NCBI GenBank assembly: GCA_963809485.1
Contig: CAWEJX010000007.1
Location: 224,001-288,000, forward strand
From: an uncultured Acidobacteriota bacterium
GTDB taxonomy: Bacteria; Acidobacteriota; UBA6911
Reading direction: 5' to 3'
DNA: 64,000 nucleotides
The position numbers and the translations under genes were made by a program. The notes below the pieces were generated by a model. That model worked only from the letters and a program-made list of their open reading frames with translations. It had not been told where the DNA came from and did not search any database. Numbering within the stretch: position 1 is the first letter of the stretch; the number at the start of each line of letters is the position of its first letter. Shown here piece after piece: positions 9,475-20,068 of the stretch.

Positions 9475-10479
9475 TCAGAGGTTTTTGCGGAGGAATCTGC
9501 ACATCGCCCATCCGAGGACTATGTTGAAGGGAAACACCCCGGACGTATAGTGCCCGCAAGGCAGGGCGAAAGTGGAATGGGGAAGGCGGAATTTCCCGTA
9601 ATCGCGCAGAACCTCGAGCGAGAGGTCCGGCGGAAAGGTGTAATCATAAAGCGCGTGCACCAGAAGTGATTTTTGGCGGGTTCCTGCCAGCTTCCCGGCG
9701 TAGGCTTTCGGGCTGATCGGCATCCAGATGTCGCGCAGCTCTTCGAGAGTGATCTTCCCTTCCAGGCCCATACGCACATAGCGAGTCGAGAGCCCCCTCC
9801 AGACGACATCCGCAACATAGGGCGAGACATGATTTTGAACGCCGGCCCGCAGCCGGGGATCGTGCGCCAGGGTGATGAGCGCCACGCACGAACCGATGCT
9901 GGTTCCCAGTATGCCAAGCCTGCCGTATCCCCGGGACTCAAGCCAGTCCAGCGCAGCCCTGGAATCAACAACAGCCTGGCGGAAGGCCTGAAGCGTGCGG
10001 CCAAGGTTCGGCGACAACATGTAGTCGGCACGCGCCAGTCCTTCGGGCATTCTCAGATCATGGTAGGGCAGGCTCAGGCGCAGCGCCGAAAGACCGAATA
10101 AATTCAGCATGCGACAAAGCGCCATGTGGCTTTGCGCATCCGCGTTCCACTGCGGGAGGACCAGGACAGCGCGTCCATGCGATTTTGCAGGGAAATACCA
10201 GGCATGAACCATGTTGTTCCCGGGATAGGCAGTTGCCACCGGGCTGGTAAACGTCAGATGCCGCCCTTCGAGGCGCCAGTCCCGGACCGGTGCGTAGGAA
10301 TGGTAGGAATCGCTGTCTGCCAGGGCTTTCCGTGAAAAATCCATCAAAAACTGCTTCGGATCCCCAGTCGGGACATTTTGGGAAACAAACTCGAGTCCCC
10401 ATTCAAAGGAAAGAACCCTGCGGTTGCTATCCCTGTTCGAGAGGCTGAGTTCCCACGGGTAAAAAATGCGAGACAGCAC
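9475..10479 (-). CDS. Alpha/beta hydrolase (ABHD18/DUF2048-like)
   Basis: GTSIG nucleophile elbow; C-terminal Asp and CGHY His. Confidence 0.8.
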   Translation of the reverse strand: MLSRIFYPWELSLSNRDSNRRVLSFEWGLEFVSQNVPTGDPKQFLMDFSRKALADSDSYHSYAPVRDWRLEGRHLTFTSPVATAYPGNNMVHAWYFPAKSHGRAVLVLPQWNADAQSHMALCRMLNLFGLSALRLSLPYHDLRMPEGLARADYMLSPNLGRTLQAFRQAVVDSRAALDWLESRGYGRLGILGTSIGSCVALITLAHDPRLRAGVQNHVSPYVADVVWRGLSTRYVRMGLEGKITLEELRDIWMPISPKAYAGKLAGTRQKSLLVHALYDYTFPPDLSLEVLRDYGKFRLPHSTFALPCGHYTSGVFPFNIVLGWAMCRFLRKNL

Positions 10480-10761
10480 CGGCCCTCCCCCGGATGAAAA
10501 CCTGATAATCTAACAAACCGGCCAAGCCGGGGACAATTTTTTTATCGTCCGCAAGCCGCAAGTGCAAAGATTCAGTCAATCGCCCGGGCAAGATGGACTC
10601 CTGAACGCCGGCCCCCGAATCGGTGAAAGAGGACCTTCAACACCCATAACGCTGACGGACACCGGCAAAAACGCTGACCCACGCTGATACCAAAGGCGAA
10701 GACCGGCGCTCAAGAGACGATTGCGATGGTGTTTTCGGGGGCGGCATTTCGGAGGCGGCGC

Positions 10762-11772
10762 TTACTGGCGGCCCCTGAATATCGGCCGGGGCAAGTAATA
10801 ATAGCCTTGGCGGTAGCTTATCTTGCTCGCAGGCGGGAGGTACTCGACGGAAATTCTATGGTAGGAATCCGCAAGCAGGTTCTGGTTGGAGACATAGGTC
10901 AGGTAATATTTGCCCTTCAGCTCCCGGGCGACCTCTGCGTAAACATCCTTGATCTTGTCGTAATCCGCAGGGAAAAAGCACCGGCCTCCCGTTTTCTCGG
11001 CGAGCTCGGTCATCGCGGCTTCCCTCTTGCTGAAAAACTCGTCGATGTAATCCTCATTTTCGCCGAATAGCCGCCTGTAGATGTTTTCGAGCATTACTAC
11101 CCTTCGTTCCTGCTTTGCCTGCTGGCGCACAATGGTGGTCTTCGAAACGACGTAAAGCGATGCCTGCGATTGAACCACGGCAAGGGAGGCTTCCTGGAAA
11201 CTTACGCGGCTCTCGTTGTTCAGGCAATCCGTCAGCAGGATTATGGCCTTGCGCCCCTCGATGCCCTTGAGCTGATCCTGCGCCGCCACGAACATGGCAT
11301 CATAGAGCGAGGTCCGGAAACCGGACTTTGTTCTCTTGAGGGCTCTCCGGACCTTCTTCATGTCATTGGTCCAATCCAGAACCAGCTTTACTTCATCATC
11401 AAAAGTCAGGAGCGAAATCCGGTCTCCGGGTGAGAGCGATTCGGCAAAATCCTCGGCAGCGTCCTTGATTTTTTTCAGCTCATCTTTGCCGCTGCTGCTG
11501 GTATCCAAAAGAAGAACAGCCGAGACCGGGTTCGTGTCCACGCCGAAGCTGCGTATTTCCTGGATGGCCTGATCTTCCCAGACGCGGAAATCCCTTGCGT
11601 TGAGATCCGTAACCATTTTGCCCGAATCATCAAAAACGCTTATGGGGATCTTCACCAGGTTGACGGAGACCGAGAAAGCAGGGGCCGAATCCTGGAACCC
11701 GATCACGTTTTGCGCAGGCAAAAGAACGATAAGGGCTGTCAGGGCAAGCATAGGAGAGCGCATAATGATCAT
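10762..11772 (-). CDS. VWA domain-containing secreted protein (acidobacterial VWFA-related)
   Basis: Signal peptide, LLDTSSS MIDAS-like motif, TSLYDA, RKAIILLTD, TGG. Start may be 11763. Confidence 0.85.
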   Translation of the reverse strand: MIIMRSPMLALTALIVLLPAQNVIGFQDSAPAFSVSVNLVKIPISVFDDSGKMVTDLNARDFRVWEDQAIQEIRSFGVDTNPVSAVLLLDTSSSGKDELKKIKDAAEDFAESLSPGDRISLLTFDDEVKLVLDWTNDMKKVRRALKRTKSGFRTSLYDAMFVAAQDQLKGIEGRKAIILLTDCLNNESRVSFQEASLAVVQSQASLYVVSKTTIVRQQAKQERRVVMLENIYRRLFGENEDYIDEFFSKREAAMTELAEKTGGRCFFPADYDKIKDVYAEVARELKGKYYLTYVSNQNLLADSYHRISVEYLPPASKISYRQGYYYLPRPIFRGRQ

Positions 11773-11874
11773 TGTAGCAATTTCGCTCTCAAATGACAGG
11801 GGCCCCCGTGAATGGAAAAATCTGAAACAATGGGCCGGCTGTGGTATCTAACATGGAAGAAAGCAGGTGCAAGG

Positions 11875-12681
11875 GTGAAACATATCCGGATCATCATTCT
11901 GCTGCTGGCCGCGGGATTGTCCCAAAATATGGCTTACGTCCTGAGTCAGGAACCGCTTCCGGAAAATTCTCCATCTGTGCAGCACCGGGACAGCGCCCCG
12001 ACCCCGGAAGAGATCATCCGCAGCTTTGCAGCCAAAGAAACCGAGTTTTATGAAGCCTGGATGCAGTACACCTATCGTCAGACCGCCGAAGTGCGCGTCG
12101 TCTCGGTCAACGGCATGCCAAAACAGGAAAAAATGACCACTATTTCCGATGTGGTCTTCAAAGACGACGGCACGCGGGAAGTGCAGGTGCGCCGCAGGGC
12201 GGGGAACCTGCGCAGCGTGATCTACACCGTCCAGGATGAAGAAGTCATCGACAACCTGCAGCCCTTCGCCTTAACCGAAAAAGAATTGCCCAAGTACAAG
12301 CTGCAGTACCAGGGGAAGGAAAGGGTCGACGAACTTGACTGCTATGTTTTTTCCGTGACGCCCAAAAGCCTCAAGGGCGGAAAGCTCTATTTCGAGGGTA
12401 AGATCTGGGTGGACGACCAGGATCTGCAGATCGTGCGGACCGTCGGAAAGCCTGTACCGCAAAAGAAGAACAATCAGTTCCCTGCCTTCGAGACGATCCG
12501 CCAGATGGTCGACAAGAAATACTGGTTCCCGGTCTGGACTCACGCGGAGGACCGCCTGCGCTTTGATACGAACACGATTCAAATCGAGGAAACCATCAGC
12601 TACGAGGATTACAGGAGGTTCGCGGCAAAAACAACCATCCAGTATGAACCGGCTGTCAAGGCCCCCTCCACTCCCCAGTGA
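11875..12681 (+). CDS. Secreted hypothetical protein, LolA/lipoprotein-sorting-like fold (tentative)
   Basis: Signal peptide after GTG 11875; YFEGKIWVDDQDLQIVR motif. Confidence 0.6.
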   Translation: MKHIRIIILLLAAGLSQNMAYVLSQEPLPENSPSVQHRDSAPTPEEIIRSFAAKETEFYEAWMQYTYRQTAEVRVVSVNGMPKQEKMTTISDVVFKDDGTREVQVRRRAGNLRSVIYTVQDEEVIDNLQPFALTEKELPKYKLQYQGKERVDELDCYVFSVTPKSLKGGKLYFEGKIWVDDQDLQIVRTVGKPVPQKKNNQFPAFETIRQMVDKKYWFPVWTHAEDRLRFDTNTIQIEETISYEDYRRFAAKTTIQYEPAVKAPSTPQ

Positions 12682-12695
12682 CGCTCCCCCACGAA

Positions 12696-12935
12696 GTCAG
12701 GTACCTCCGGCAAAGCCGGAGGCTTGAAAGTTTTGAACCGCTCAAAGCCGTTGGACTAGTTACGCCGGCTTTGAACGCTGACGCACGCTGAACGGACGCC
12801 GACCCACGCCGACAAAAATCTATATATTTTTTCAGCGTACGTCAGCGTCATGTCAGCGTACGTCAGCGTTAAAAATACGGAGCTGTCAAACTCTTTGAGT
12901 CCCCCGGCAGAGCCGGAGGTTTACCAATGAAATTA
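12696..12935 (-). mobile_element. IS200/IS605-end MITE (family B, copy 1) with ACGCTGAC palindrome cargo
   Basis: Subterminal hairpins cctccggcaaagccggagg and ccccggcagagccggagg; ends TGAC and TAAT on the minus strand; no transposase; homologues at 15188 and 20966. Confidence 0.8.
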
Positions 12936-13021
12936 AACGGAATAGTTCGGGGATGCGGAGGTTGCAGATTTGCTGATTGCTTTTCCCCGCGGCCTCCGCG
13001 TCTCCGCGTAAGGATCATCGT

Positions 13022-14032
13022 TCAGATATGGAGTTCGAGGATGTCCCCGTCTTCAAGCGGGTGATTGCGCTCCACCATCTGGCCGTCGTACTTCACCGGA
13101 CGCCTGGATTTTTCGGAACTCCACACTTTGGCGAATTTGAGCGAGTGGACAAACTCCCGGTGCACGGCCCGCGCCGCATCCAGAACCGTGCTGCCGCGCT
13201 TCAGGACGAAGGGCGGGCTCGAGAGATCCGCCTTCTTGCCGGGTATTTTGGTGTGAATCCTCACGATGTCCAGCGCCTCGAACAGCGTGTTGCGCAGCGC
13301 CTCCAGCCCTTCGCCGGAAACCGCTGAAACCGCCAGGATCGGGAACCGGTTGCCGAAAAACTCCTTGAGAATGTCCAGGCTCTGCATCGCCCCTGCGGCA
13401 TCGTATTTGTTGGCCGCCAGGAGAGCGCGCCGGCTTTCAACCGGGCCTGACCCGGTATCGGATGCGGCGCCTCCGATGAGCTGTATCCGGGAATCCCCCA
13501 GAAGGGTCAGCACCTCGTCAATTTCATCCAGCAGCGCATCGGAGCTCAAGTCCGCGACCAGCAGCACAAGATCGCCCTGGCGCACAATCCCTCCCACCCA
13601 GGGCTCATAAAAGTTTGGATCGATGGCGGGCATATCGACCAGCTGAATTTTCACGTTTTCATAAGGCATCATGCCCGGTTGAGGCAGGCGTGTCGTGTAC
13701 GGGTAGTCCCCGATATCCGGCGCGGCGTTTGTCAGGCGGGCCATCAGCGAGGATTTGCCCGTGTTGGCCCCTCCGGCCAAAATCACCTGGCCCGCTCCGT
13801 CGCGCTGCACCGTGTACATCGCAGACGCCTTGGATGCGCCGTGCTTTTTCTGAGATTCGATGCGCAATTTGGCCAGCCGCCGCCGAATGTCCGCCCGCAT
13901 TTTTTCTGTCCCCTTGTGCTTGGGGATCAGGGCCATCATCTCTTCCAGCGCCTCGGTTTTTTCCTGCACCGTCACGGCTTCTTTGAAGCGCTGCTCGGCG
14001 GCCAGATATTGCGGTGTCAGGTTTGCCGGCAT
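13022..14032 (-). CDS. DRG-like OBG-family GTPase with C-terminal TGS domain
   Basis: MPANLTPQY start, PKHKGTE, G1 GGANTGKSS, G2 DYPYTT, G4 NKYD, TGS end LEDGDILELHI. Confidence 0.88.
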   Translation of the reverse strand: MPANLTPQYLAAEQRFKEAVTVQEKTEALEEMMALIPKHKGTEKMRADIRRRLAKLRIESQKKHGASKASAMYTVQRDGAGQVILAGGANTGKSSLMARLTNAAPDIGDYPYTTRLPQPGMMPYENVKIQLVDMPAIDPNFYEPWVGGIVRQGDLVLLVADLSSDALLDEIDEVLTLLGDSRIQLIGGAASDTGSGPVESRRALLAANKYDAAGAMQSLDILKEFFGNRFPILAVSAVSGEGLEALRNTLFEALDIVRIHTKIPGKKADLSSPPFVLKRGSTVLDAARAVHREFVHSLKFAKVWSSEKSRRPVKYDGQMVERNHPLEDGDILELHI

Positions 14033-14209
14033 GTCGCGCCCGCCCTCCCTTTACCACAATTATATCCGCTTTATGCTCCGGCAGAGCCGGTGCTTCTGGA
14101 GTCAGAGACCGGAAAAATTGACGGAATCGTTATCCAAACACCCGGGCCTGAGGTAATATAGCAGATGCCCGGCAGGCGGTTTGCGCCGGCCGGTAACAGG
14201 AGGACTACA

Positions 14210-15139
14210 GTGACATTGCCCAATTTCGCATTCTTCAAGGGCCGCATAATTCCATATTGCGACGCTAAAGTGGGTGTTCTTACTCATACTCTGAACTATG
14301 GCACAGGTGTATTCGGCGGCCTTCGCGCATATTGGAACGGTGACGAAAACCAGCTGTTTCTCTTCAGGCCTCACGATCACTATCGGCGCTTTCTCGAGTC
14401 GGCGAAGCTTTTGCTTATGGAACTGCCCTATTCCGAGGCGGAGATCGTGCAGTTCACCATGGACCTTCTCAAGGCCGAAGGATTCCGGACGGACGCCTAT
14501 ATACGGCCTCTCTGCTATTTCGCCGATGAGATCATCGGGGTACGGCTGCACAACCTGCACCCGGAACTCACGATCGTATCGATCCCGTTCGGATCCTACG
14601 TGGAAAATGAGGAAGGAAGCCACGTGACGGTTTCCTCCTGGCGGCGCATCGACGACAACATGATCCCCGCGCGCGGCAAAATTGCCGGCTCTTACGTGAA
14701 CTCCGCGTTTATCAAGACCGACGCTCAGCGCGCCGGCTTCGATGAAGCCATCGTGCTCAACCAGGACGGGCATGTCGCGGAGGGATCGGCGGAAAACTTT
14801 TTTATGGTGAGGAAAGGCGTCGTGTGCACGCCGCCCATAACGGACAACATTCTCGAGGGCATCACGCGGCGCACCGTCATGATGCTCTTGCGCGATGAAC
14901 TGAAGCTGGAGGTCGTGGAGCGCTCAATCGACAGAACGGAAATTTACCTGGCCGACGAAGCATTCTTCTGCGGGACCGGCGTCCAGGTAGCCGCTATCAC
15001 CGGCGTGGATCATCGCCCCATCGGCAACGGCAAAATGGGGGATGTCACCAGGAAGCTGAGGCAGGTGTATTTTGACGTCGTCCGGGGACGAACGGCGAAA
15101 TACCGCGAATTCTGCATCCCCGTATATTCCAAAGCCTGA
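14210..15139 (+). CDS. ilvE: Branched-chain amino acid aminotransferase
   Basis: LNYGTGVF, YIRP, EGSAENFF, ILEGITR, class IV PLP fold; GTG start after AGGAGG. Confidence 0.92.
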   Translation: MTLPNFAFFKGRIIPYCDAKVGVLTHTLNYGTGVFGGLRAYWNGDENQLFLFRPHDHYRRFLESAKLLLMELPYSEAEIVQFTMDLLKAEGFRTDAYIRPLCYFADEIIGVRLHNLHPELTIVSIPFGSYVENEEGSHVTVSSWRRIDDNMIPARGKIAGSYVNSAFIKTDAQRAGFDEAIVLNQDGHVAEGSAENFFMVRKGVVCTPPITDNILEGITRRTVMMLLRDELKLEVVERSIDRTEIYLADEAFFCGTGVQVAAITGVDHRPIGNGKMGDVTRKLRQVYFDVVRGRTAKYREFCIPVYSKA

Positions 15140-15187
15140 TCTGCACTCTTTGCAGGGGCGGCCGGAAGGCCGCCCGCATCCGAAAAA

Positions 15188-15418
15188 GCCAGGTACCTCC
15201 GGCAAAGCCGGAGGCTTGAAAGATTTGAACCGCTCAAAGCGGTTGGACTAGTTACGCCGGTCTTGAACGCTGACTTACGCGGGCAAAAGCCGATGAGGCG
15301 CTTCCGATCCCCGCCGAACAAATCGGCGTTTGTCAGCGCTTTTATCAGCGTTTCAAAATACGGAGCTGTCAAACTCTTTGAGTCCCCCGACAGAGCCGCG
15401 GGTTTGGCAATGTAATTA
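15188..15418 (-). mobile_element. IS200/IS605-end MITE (family B, copy 2)
   Basis: Same ends as 12696-12935; interior nearly identical to the copy at 20966. Confidence 0.8.
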
Positions 15419-15423
15419 ATTAT

Positions 15424-16893
15424 TCAGGACGGAAGCCTTCCATAAAGTTTGTTCAGCCCGCGCAGCCTGGAAGCAAGGACGGGCTGCAGCTGATCTTCCC
15501 TCATCCGCCAGCGCCAGTTCTTGCCCGTGGTGGACGGCGTGTTCATGCGGGCTTCCGATCCCAGGTCCAGCACATCCTGCATCGGCAGAATCGCCGTGTC
15601 TGCCGGGGACGCCAACGCCAGCCGGATGAAGTTCCAGACTGCATCTTTCAAGTCGCTGCCCATGTACTCGAGCGCCCGCTCTCTTTCCGCGCGATCCTCC
15701 GCGCTGAGGCCCTTCGCCGAAAACCATCCCCTGGTGGTGTCATTATCGTGAGTCCCGGTATATACGACGCAGTTGCGGATAAAATTGTAGGGCTTATTCG
15801 GATTGTCCGGCGATTCGTTCTCGAAGGCGAATTGAAGGATGCGCATTCCGGGAAGTTCCCAGCGGTCGCGCAACGCATAAACTTCCGGCGTGATGAAGCC
15901 AAGATCCTCGGCAATGAACGGGAGTTTCCCCAGGGCGCCTTGCAGCGCCTTGAAGAATTGATCGCCGGGACCTTTCACCCAGCGTCCCTCTTCCGCGGTT
16001 TTGCAGCCGGCAGGAATTTCATAGTACTTTTCAAATCCGCGGAAATGATCCAGGCGCATGATGTCGACCGTTTCGAGCATGGACCGAAGCCGGTCGATCC
16101 ACCAGCGGTATCCGGTCTGCTCCATCTCATCCCACCGATATAGGGGATTGCCCCAGCGCTGGCCCGTCTTGCTGAAATAATCCGGCGGCACGCCGGCAAC
16201 CACCCGCGGATTGCCATCGCTGCCGAGATCAAACAGTCCCGGGTTGGCCCAGACATCCGCGCTGTCATGGGCCACGAAAATCGGGATGTCGCCGACGATT
16301 TCAATCCCCAGGTCATTGCAATATTGTTTAAGGGCTTTCCACTGGCGGAAAAACTGGAACTGCATGAATTTATGTTCAAAGACGTCGCCGGCATCCGCGC
16401 GTATTTCCGGATTCCAGTCGGTCCAGGCAGCACCGGCATTTGCCTTCTTAAGAGCGGCAAACTCCGCGAAGGGATTCAGCCAGGGATCCTCATCGCTGCA
16501 AAACCGGAGAAACTCTTCCCGCAGAAGACCCGATTCGCGTCGGGAGAAAGCGGCGGCAGCCTTTCCAAGGAGCATTCTTCTGAAAGGAATAACCGTATCA
16601 TAATCGACGGCGGAGTCAGCGAAAAGCGGGGTATTCTTCAAATCTTCCGGGGAAAGCCAGCCTTCATCAACCAGCTTTTGAGGACTGATCAGAAGAGGAT
16701 TCCCCGCGATGCTGGAGTAAGCCTGGTAGGGCGAATTGCCCACACCCGGAAGCCCCAGCGGCAGTATCTGCCACAGCTGCTGACCGCTTTCCGCAAGAAA
16801 GTCGGCGAAACGATAGGCCCAGTGGCCCAGATCCCCGATGCCCCATTCACCGGGAAGCGAGGTGGGGTGGAGCAGAATACCGCTTTTGCGCAT
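15424..16893 (-). CDS. malQ: 4-alpha-glucanotransferase (amylomaltase, GH77)
   Basis: GILLHPTSLPG, GDIPIFV, RLDHFRGF, AEDLG, YTGTHDNDT. Confidence 0.95.
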   Translation of the reverse strand: MRKSGILLHPTSLPGEWGIGDLGHWAYRFADFLAESGQQLWQILPLGLPGVGNSPYQAYSSIAGNPLLISPQKLVDEGWLSPEDLKNTPLFADSAVDYDTVIPFRRMLLGKAAAAFSRRESGLLREEFLRFCSDEDPWLNPFAEFAALKKANAGAAWTDWNPEIRADAGDVFEHKFMQFQFFRQWKALKQYCNDLGIEIVGDIPIFVAHDSADVWANPGLFDLGSDGNPRVVAGVPPDYFSKTGQRWGNPLYRWDEMEQTGYRWWIDRLRSMLETVDIMRLDHFRGFEKYYEIPAGCKTAEEGRWVKGPGDQFFKALQGALGKLPFIAEDLGFITPEVYALRDRWELPGMRILQFAFENESPDNPNKPYNFIRNCVVYTGTHDNDTTRGWFSAKGLSAEDRAERERALEYMGSDLKDAVWNFIRLALASPADTAILPMQDVLDLGSEARMNTPSTTGKNWRWRMREDQLQPVLASRLRGLNKLYGRLPS

Positions 16894-16994
16894 GGTGTTT
16901 CAAAACCCGCCGCAAGCCATGACGAGCGCCGCCGGGCGGAGAATCGGCACGGGCCTGAACCGGCAATTCGTAATTCGTCACTCGTAATTCGAAA

Positions 16995-19742
16995 TTATGA
17001 ACAGCCGCTGGTGTCCCCGCAATTTATGCATTTATAGCAGGAGCCGTTGCGAACCATGATGCTCCCGCACGATGCGCAGGTCGGCGCGTCGTCCAGCGCA
17101 TACATGGATTTGAAGTCATTGAGCGGGTCCGCATCGGTTTTCGGCGCCGAGGTTTCATCCACCCCGGACAGGTTTGCCTTGCTCATCACATGGACGCCCG
17201 TCTGAAGCTGCTCTTCCGTGGTAAGGAATTTGGAGGCCAGCCATCGGAAGATATAGTCGACGGTGGATTTCGCGAAGCGAATTTCGGCATTTCCGGTGTG
17301 TCCGGAGGGTTCGAACCGGACGTGGGAAAACTTGTCGATGAGGACTTTCAGCGGAACCCCATACTGAAGCGCCAGGGAAATGGCCGTGGCAAAGGAGTCC
17401 ATCATGCCGGAAATGGCGCTCCCTTCCTTGGCCATCACCAGGAAGATTTCCCCGGGCTGCCCGTCGTCGTACATTCCCACGGTGATGTAGCCTTCGTGCC
17501 CGCCGATGCTGAATTTGTGGGTGATGGCTTTACGCTCGGGGGGGAGCTTGCGCCGGACCGGTTTGAATTTCGGAGTTTCCATCTCCTTGGCCTTCGTCCC
17601 GCGGGCCGCATTCAGCGGCTGCGTTCTTTTCGAGTTGTCGCGGTAGATGGCGATGGCCTTCACGCCCAGTTTCCATGCCTGCATGAACAGGTCGGCGATC
17701 TGGTCGGCGGTTATGTTTTCGGGTACATTCACGGTCTTCGAAATGGCGCCGGAAATGAACGGCTGGACCGCGCTCATCATTCTGATGTGCCCCATGTAGT
17801 GGATCGAGCGGGTTCCGCGCTGGGGTTTGAACGCACAATCGAACGCGGGCAGGTGCTCCGGCTTCACATTGGGAGCGCCTTCAATCATGCCGTTTTCGTC
17901 GATGTATGCCGTAACGGCGTTGATCTCGTTTTCGGTATATCCCAGCTTCGCGAGCGCAACGGGAACCGTGTGGTTCACGATCTTCATGACGCCGCCGCCC
18001 ACCATTTTTTTAAATTTCACCAGCGCCAGGTCCGGTTCCACGCCCGTCGTGTCGCAATCCATCATGAAACCGATGGTGCCGGTCGGCGCCAGAACCGTGG
18101 CCTGGGCGTTCCGGAAACCGTGCACGGTCCCTTCGAGCACCACCAGGTCCCAGCAATCCTGCGCCGCTTTCATGAGATTTGCGGGCACACGGTTCGGGTT
18201 GATGTTCTGAAGCGCCGCCCGGTGCATGCGCATGACCTCCAGGAAAGGTTCACGGTTGGAGGCGTAGGCCCAAAAAGCCCCCTTGACGGCCGCGATCCGC
18301 GCGGACTGAAGATACGATTCCCCCGTCATCAGGGCCGTGATCGCGGCGGCAAAGTCCCTGCCCTCATCGCTGTCGTAGGCCAGCCCGTTGTGCATCAGGA
18401 GCGCGCCCAGATTCGCGTAGCCCAGGCCCAGAGGGCGGAATTCGCGGCTGTTTTTGCCGATTTTTTCAGTCGGGTAGCTCGCATTGTCCACGATGATTTC
18501 CTGGGCTGAAATCATCACGTCCACCGCCCTGCGGAAACCTTCGACGTCAAAGCTGCCCTCCGCGTCCACAAACTTGAGCAGGTTGAAAGAGGCCAGGTTG
18601 CAGGCCGAGTCGTCCAGGAACATGTATTCGGAGCAGGGATTGGAGGCATTGATGCGGCCGCTGTTTTTGCAGGTGTGCCAGCGGTTAACGGTCGTATCGT
18701 ACTGCATTCCCGGATCGCCGCAAACATGGCACGACTCGGCGATTTTCCTGAGCAGCTCCCGGGCCGGATAGGTGTCGACGATCTGCCCCGCCGGCCGCTC
18801 CCGTGTCGCCAGGGTCCCATCCTGTTCGACCAGCCGCATGAATTCATCCGTAACGCGGACGCTGTTGTTCGCGTTCTGGAAAAAAATGCTCCCGTACGCT
18901 TCGCCGTCCACGGATCCGTCGTAGCCTGCCTCCATCAGGGTCCAGGCCTTCTTCTCCTCCTTCGCCTTGCACTCGATGAAATCCACGATGTCCGGATGAT
19001 CGATGTTGAGGATAACCATCTTCGCAGCCCGGCGGGTTTTTCCTCCGCTCTTGATGACGCCGGCGAATGCGTCAAATCCCTTCATGAAGCTTACAGGCCC
19101 GGATGCGATGCCTCCGCCCGAAAGCTTGGCCCTCGCGGAACGGAGCGGCGAAAAATTGGTCCCGGTGCCTGAACCGTATTTGAAGAGCCGGCCTTCGGTG
19201 CACGCGAGGTTCAGGATGGAGTCCATCGTATCTTCCACGGAATTGATAAAACAGGCGGAGCATTGAGGATTGGGCTCGATCCCGCAGTTGAACCAGACCG
19301 GCGAATTAAACGCGGCGTACTGGTTCAAGAGCAGAAACGCGAGTTCGTCATGAAAGCTCTGAGCATCGGCCGTCGAGGCGAAGTATCCTCCCTGAACGCC
19401 CCATTCGGTCAGCGTCCGGACCACGCGCTCGACCAGCTGCCGCACGCTCGTCTCCCTCTGCGGAGTTCCGATCTGCCCGTGGAAGTACTTCGAAACCACG
19501 ATGCTCGTGGCCGTCAGCGACCAGTTTTTGGGTATCTCCACGCCTTCCTGCTGAAAGATGGTTTCCCCTTTTTCATTGGTGATCGAGGCCGTTCGAATTT
19601 CCCACTCTACATCATCGTATGACGTCGAGCCTTCCCGCGTAAAATGGCGGACGAATTCGAGACCGTTGCCGGTTTTCTGCGAATCTGCGGGCAAAGCCAC
19701 AGAGGCAACACTTTCCATAGGCAACGATTTATTGCTGCTCAT
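16995..19742 (-). CDS. nrdJ: Vitamin B12-dependent class II ribonucleotide reductase with C-terminal TSCPD-like/Zn-ribbon region
   Basis: FNSPVWFN, PQCSACFI, ASNPCSEY, LAPTGTI, C-terminal Cys motifs; ATG 19742 with GGAGG. Confidence 0.95.
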   Translation of the reverse strand: MSSNKSLPMESVASVALPADSQKTGNGLEFVRHFTREGSTSYDDVEWEIRTASITNEKGETIFQQEGVEIPKNWSLTATSIVVSKYFHGQIGTPQRETSVRQLVERVVRTLTEWGVQGGYFASTADAQSFHDELAFLLLNQYAAFNSPVWFNCGIEPNPQCSACFINSVEDTMDSILNLACTEGRLFKYGSGTGTNFSPLRSARAKLSGGGIASGPVSFMKGFDAFAGVIKSGGKTRRAAKMVILNIDHPDIVDFIECKAKEEKKAWTLMEAGYDGSVDGEAYGSIFFQNANNSVRVTDEFMRLVEQDGTLATRERPAGQIVDTYPARELLRKIAESCHVCGDPGMQYDTTVNRWHTCKNSGRINASNPCSEYMFLDDSACNLASFNLLKFVDAEGSFDVEGFRRAVDVMISAQEIIVDNASYPTEKIGKNSREFRPLGLGYANLGALLMHNGLAYDSDEGRDFAAAITALMTGESYLQSARIAAVKGAFWAYASNREPFLEVMRMHRAALQNINPNRVPANLMKAAQDCWDLVVLEGTVHGFRNAQATVLAPTGTIGFMMDCDTTGVEPDLALVKFKKMVGGGVMKIVNHTVPVALAKLGYTENEINAVTAYIDENGMIEGAPNVKPEHLPAFDCAFKPQRGTRSIHYMGHIRMMSAVQPFISGAISKTVNVPENITADQIADLFMQAWKLGVKAIAIYRDNSKRTQPLNAARGTKAKEMETPKFKPVRRKLPPERKAITHKFSIGGHEGYITVGMYDDGQPGEIFLVMAKEGSAISGMMDSFATAISLALQYGVPLKVLIDKFSHVRFEPSGHTGNAEIRFAKSTVDYIFRWLASKFLTTEEQLQTGVHVMSKANLSGVDETSAPKTDADPLNDFKSMYALDDAPTCASCGSIMVRNGSCYKCINCGDTSGCS

Positions 19743-19866
19743 GAGAACAATCCTCCTTAACAAGGAACGATGATTCAGCGAAAAACGATCCTCAACGGGG
19801 CTTATTGCTCCACTCAAGAATGAGTCGCGTTTTACACGAATCCCAACCGCCCTGTCAATGAAAATA

Positions 19867-19914
19867 TCACTATATATGGTACTATGGGCAATAAAATACC
19901 ACAATATATTGCGC
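19867..19914. promoter_or_regulatory. Tandem NrdR boxes
   Basis: tcactatatatggtac (19867-19882) and ccacaatatattgcgc (19899-19914), 32 bp apart, match the acaCwAtATaTwGtg consensus upstream of nrdJ. Confidence 0.85.
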
Positions 19915-20068
19915 AAATTATTGATTCTTGGGGTTTTGGCGTTTCTCCCCGTCCGGAAAAATATCAGTCGGCAACGCAGGAATTCCGAGGGGGCAACACG
20001 CTGTTTGACAACCAGGGAAGTCTCATCCACAATGAAAGCCTGTTCGCTCGCCAGGATGGGGAAAAATC

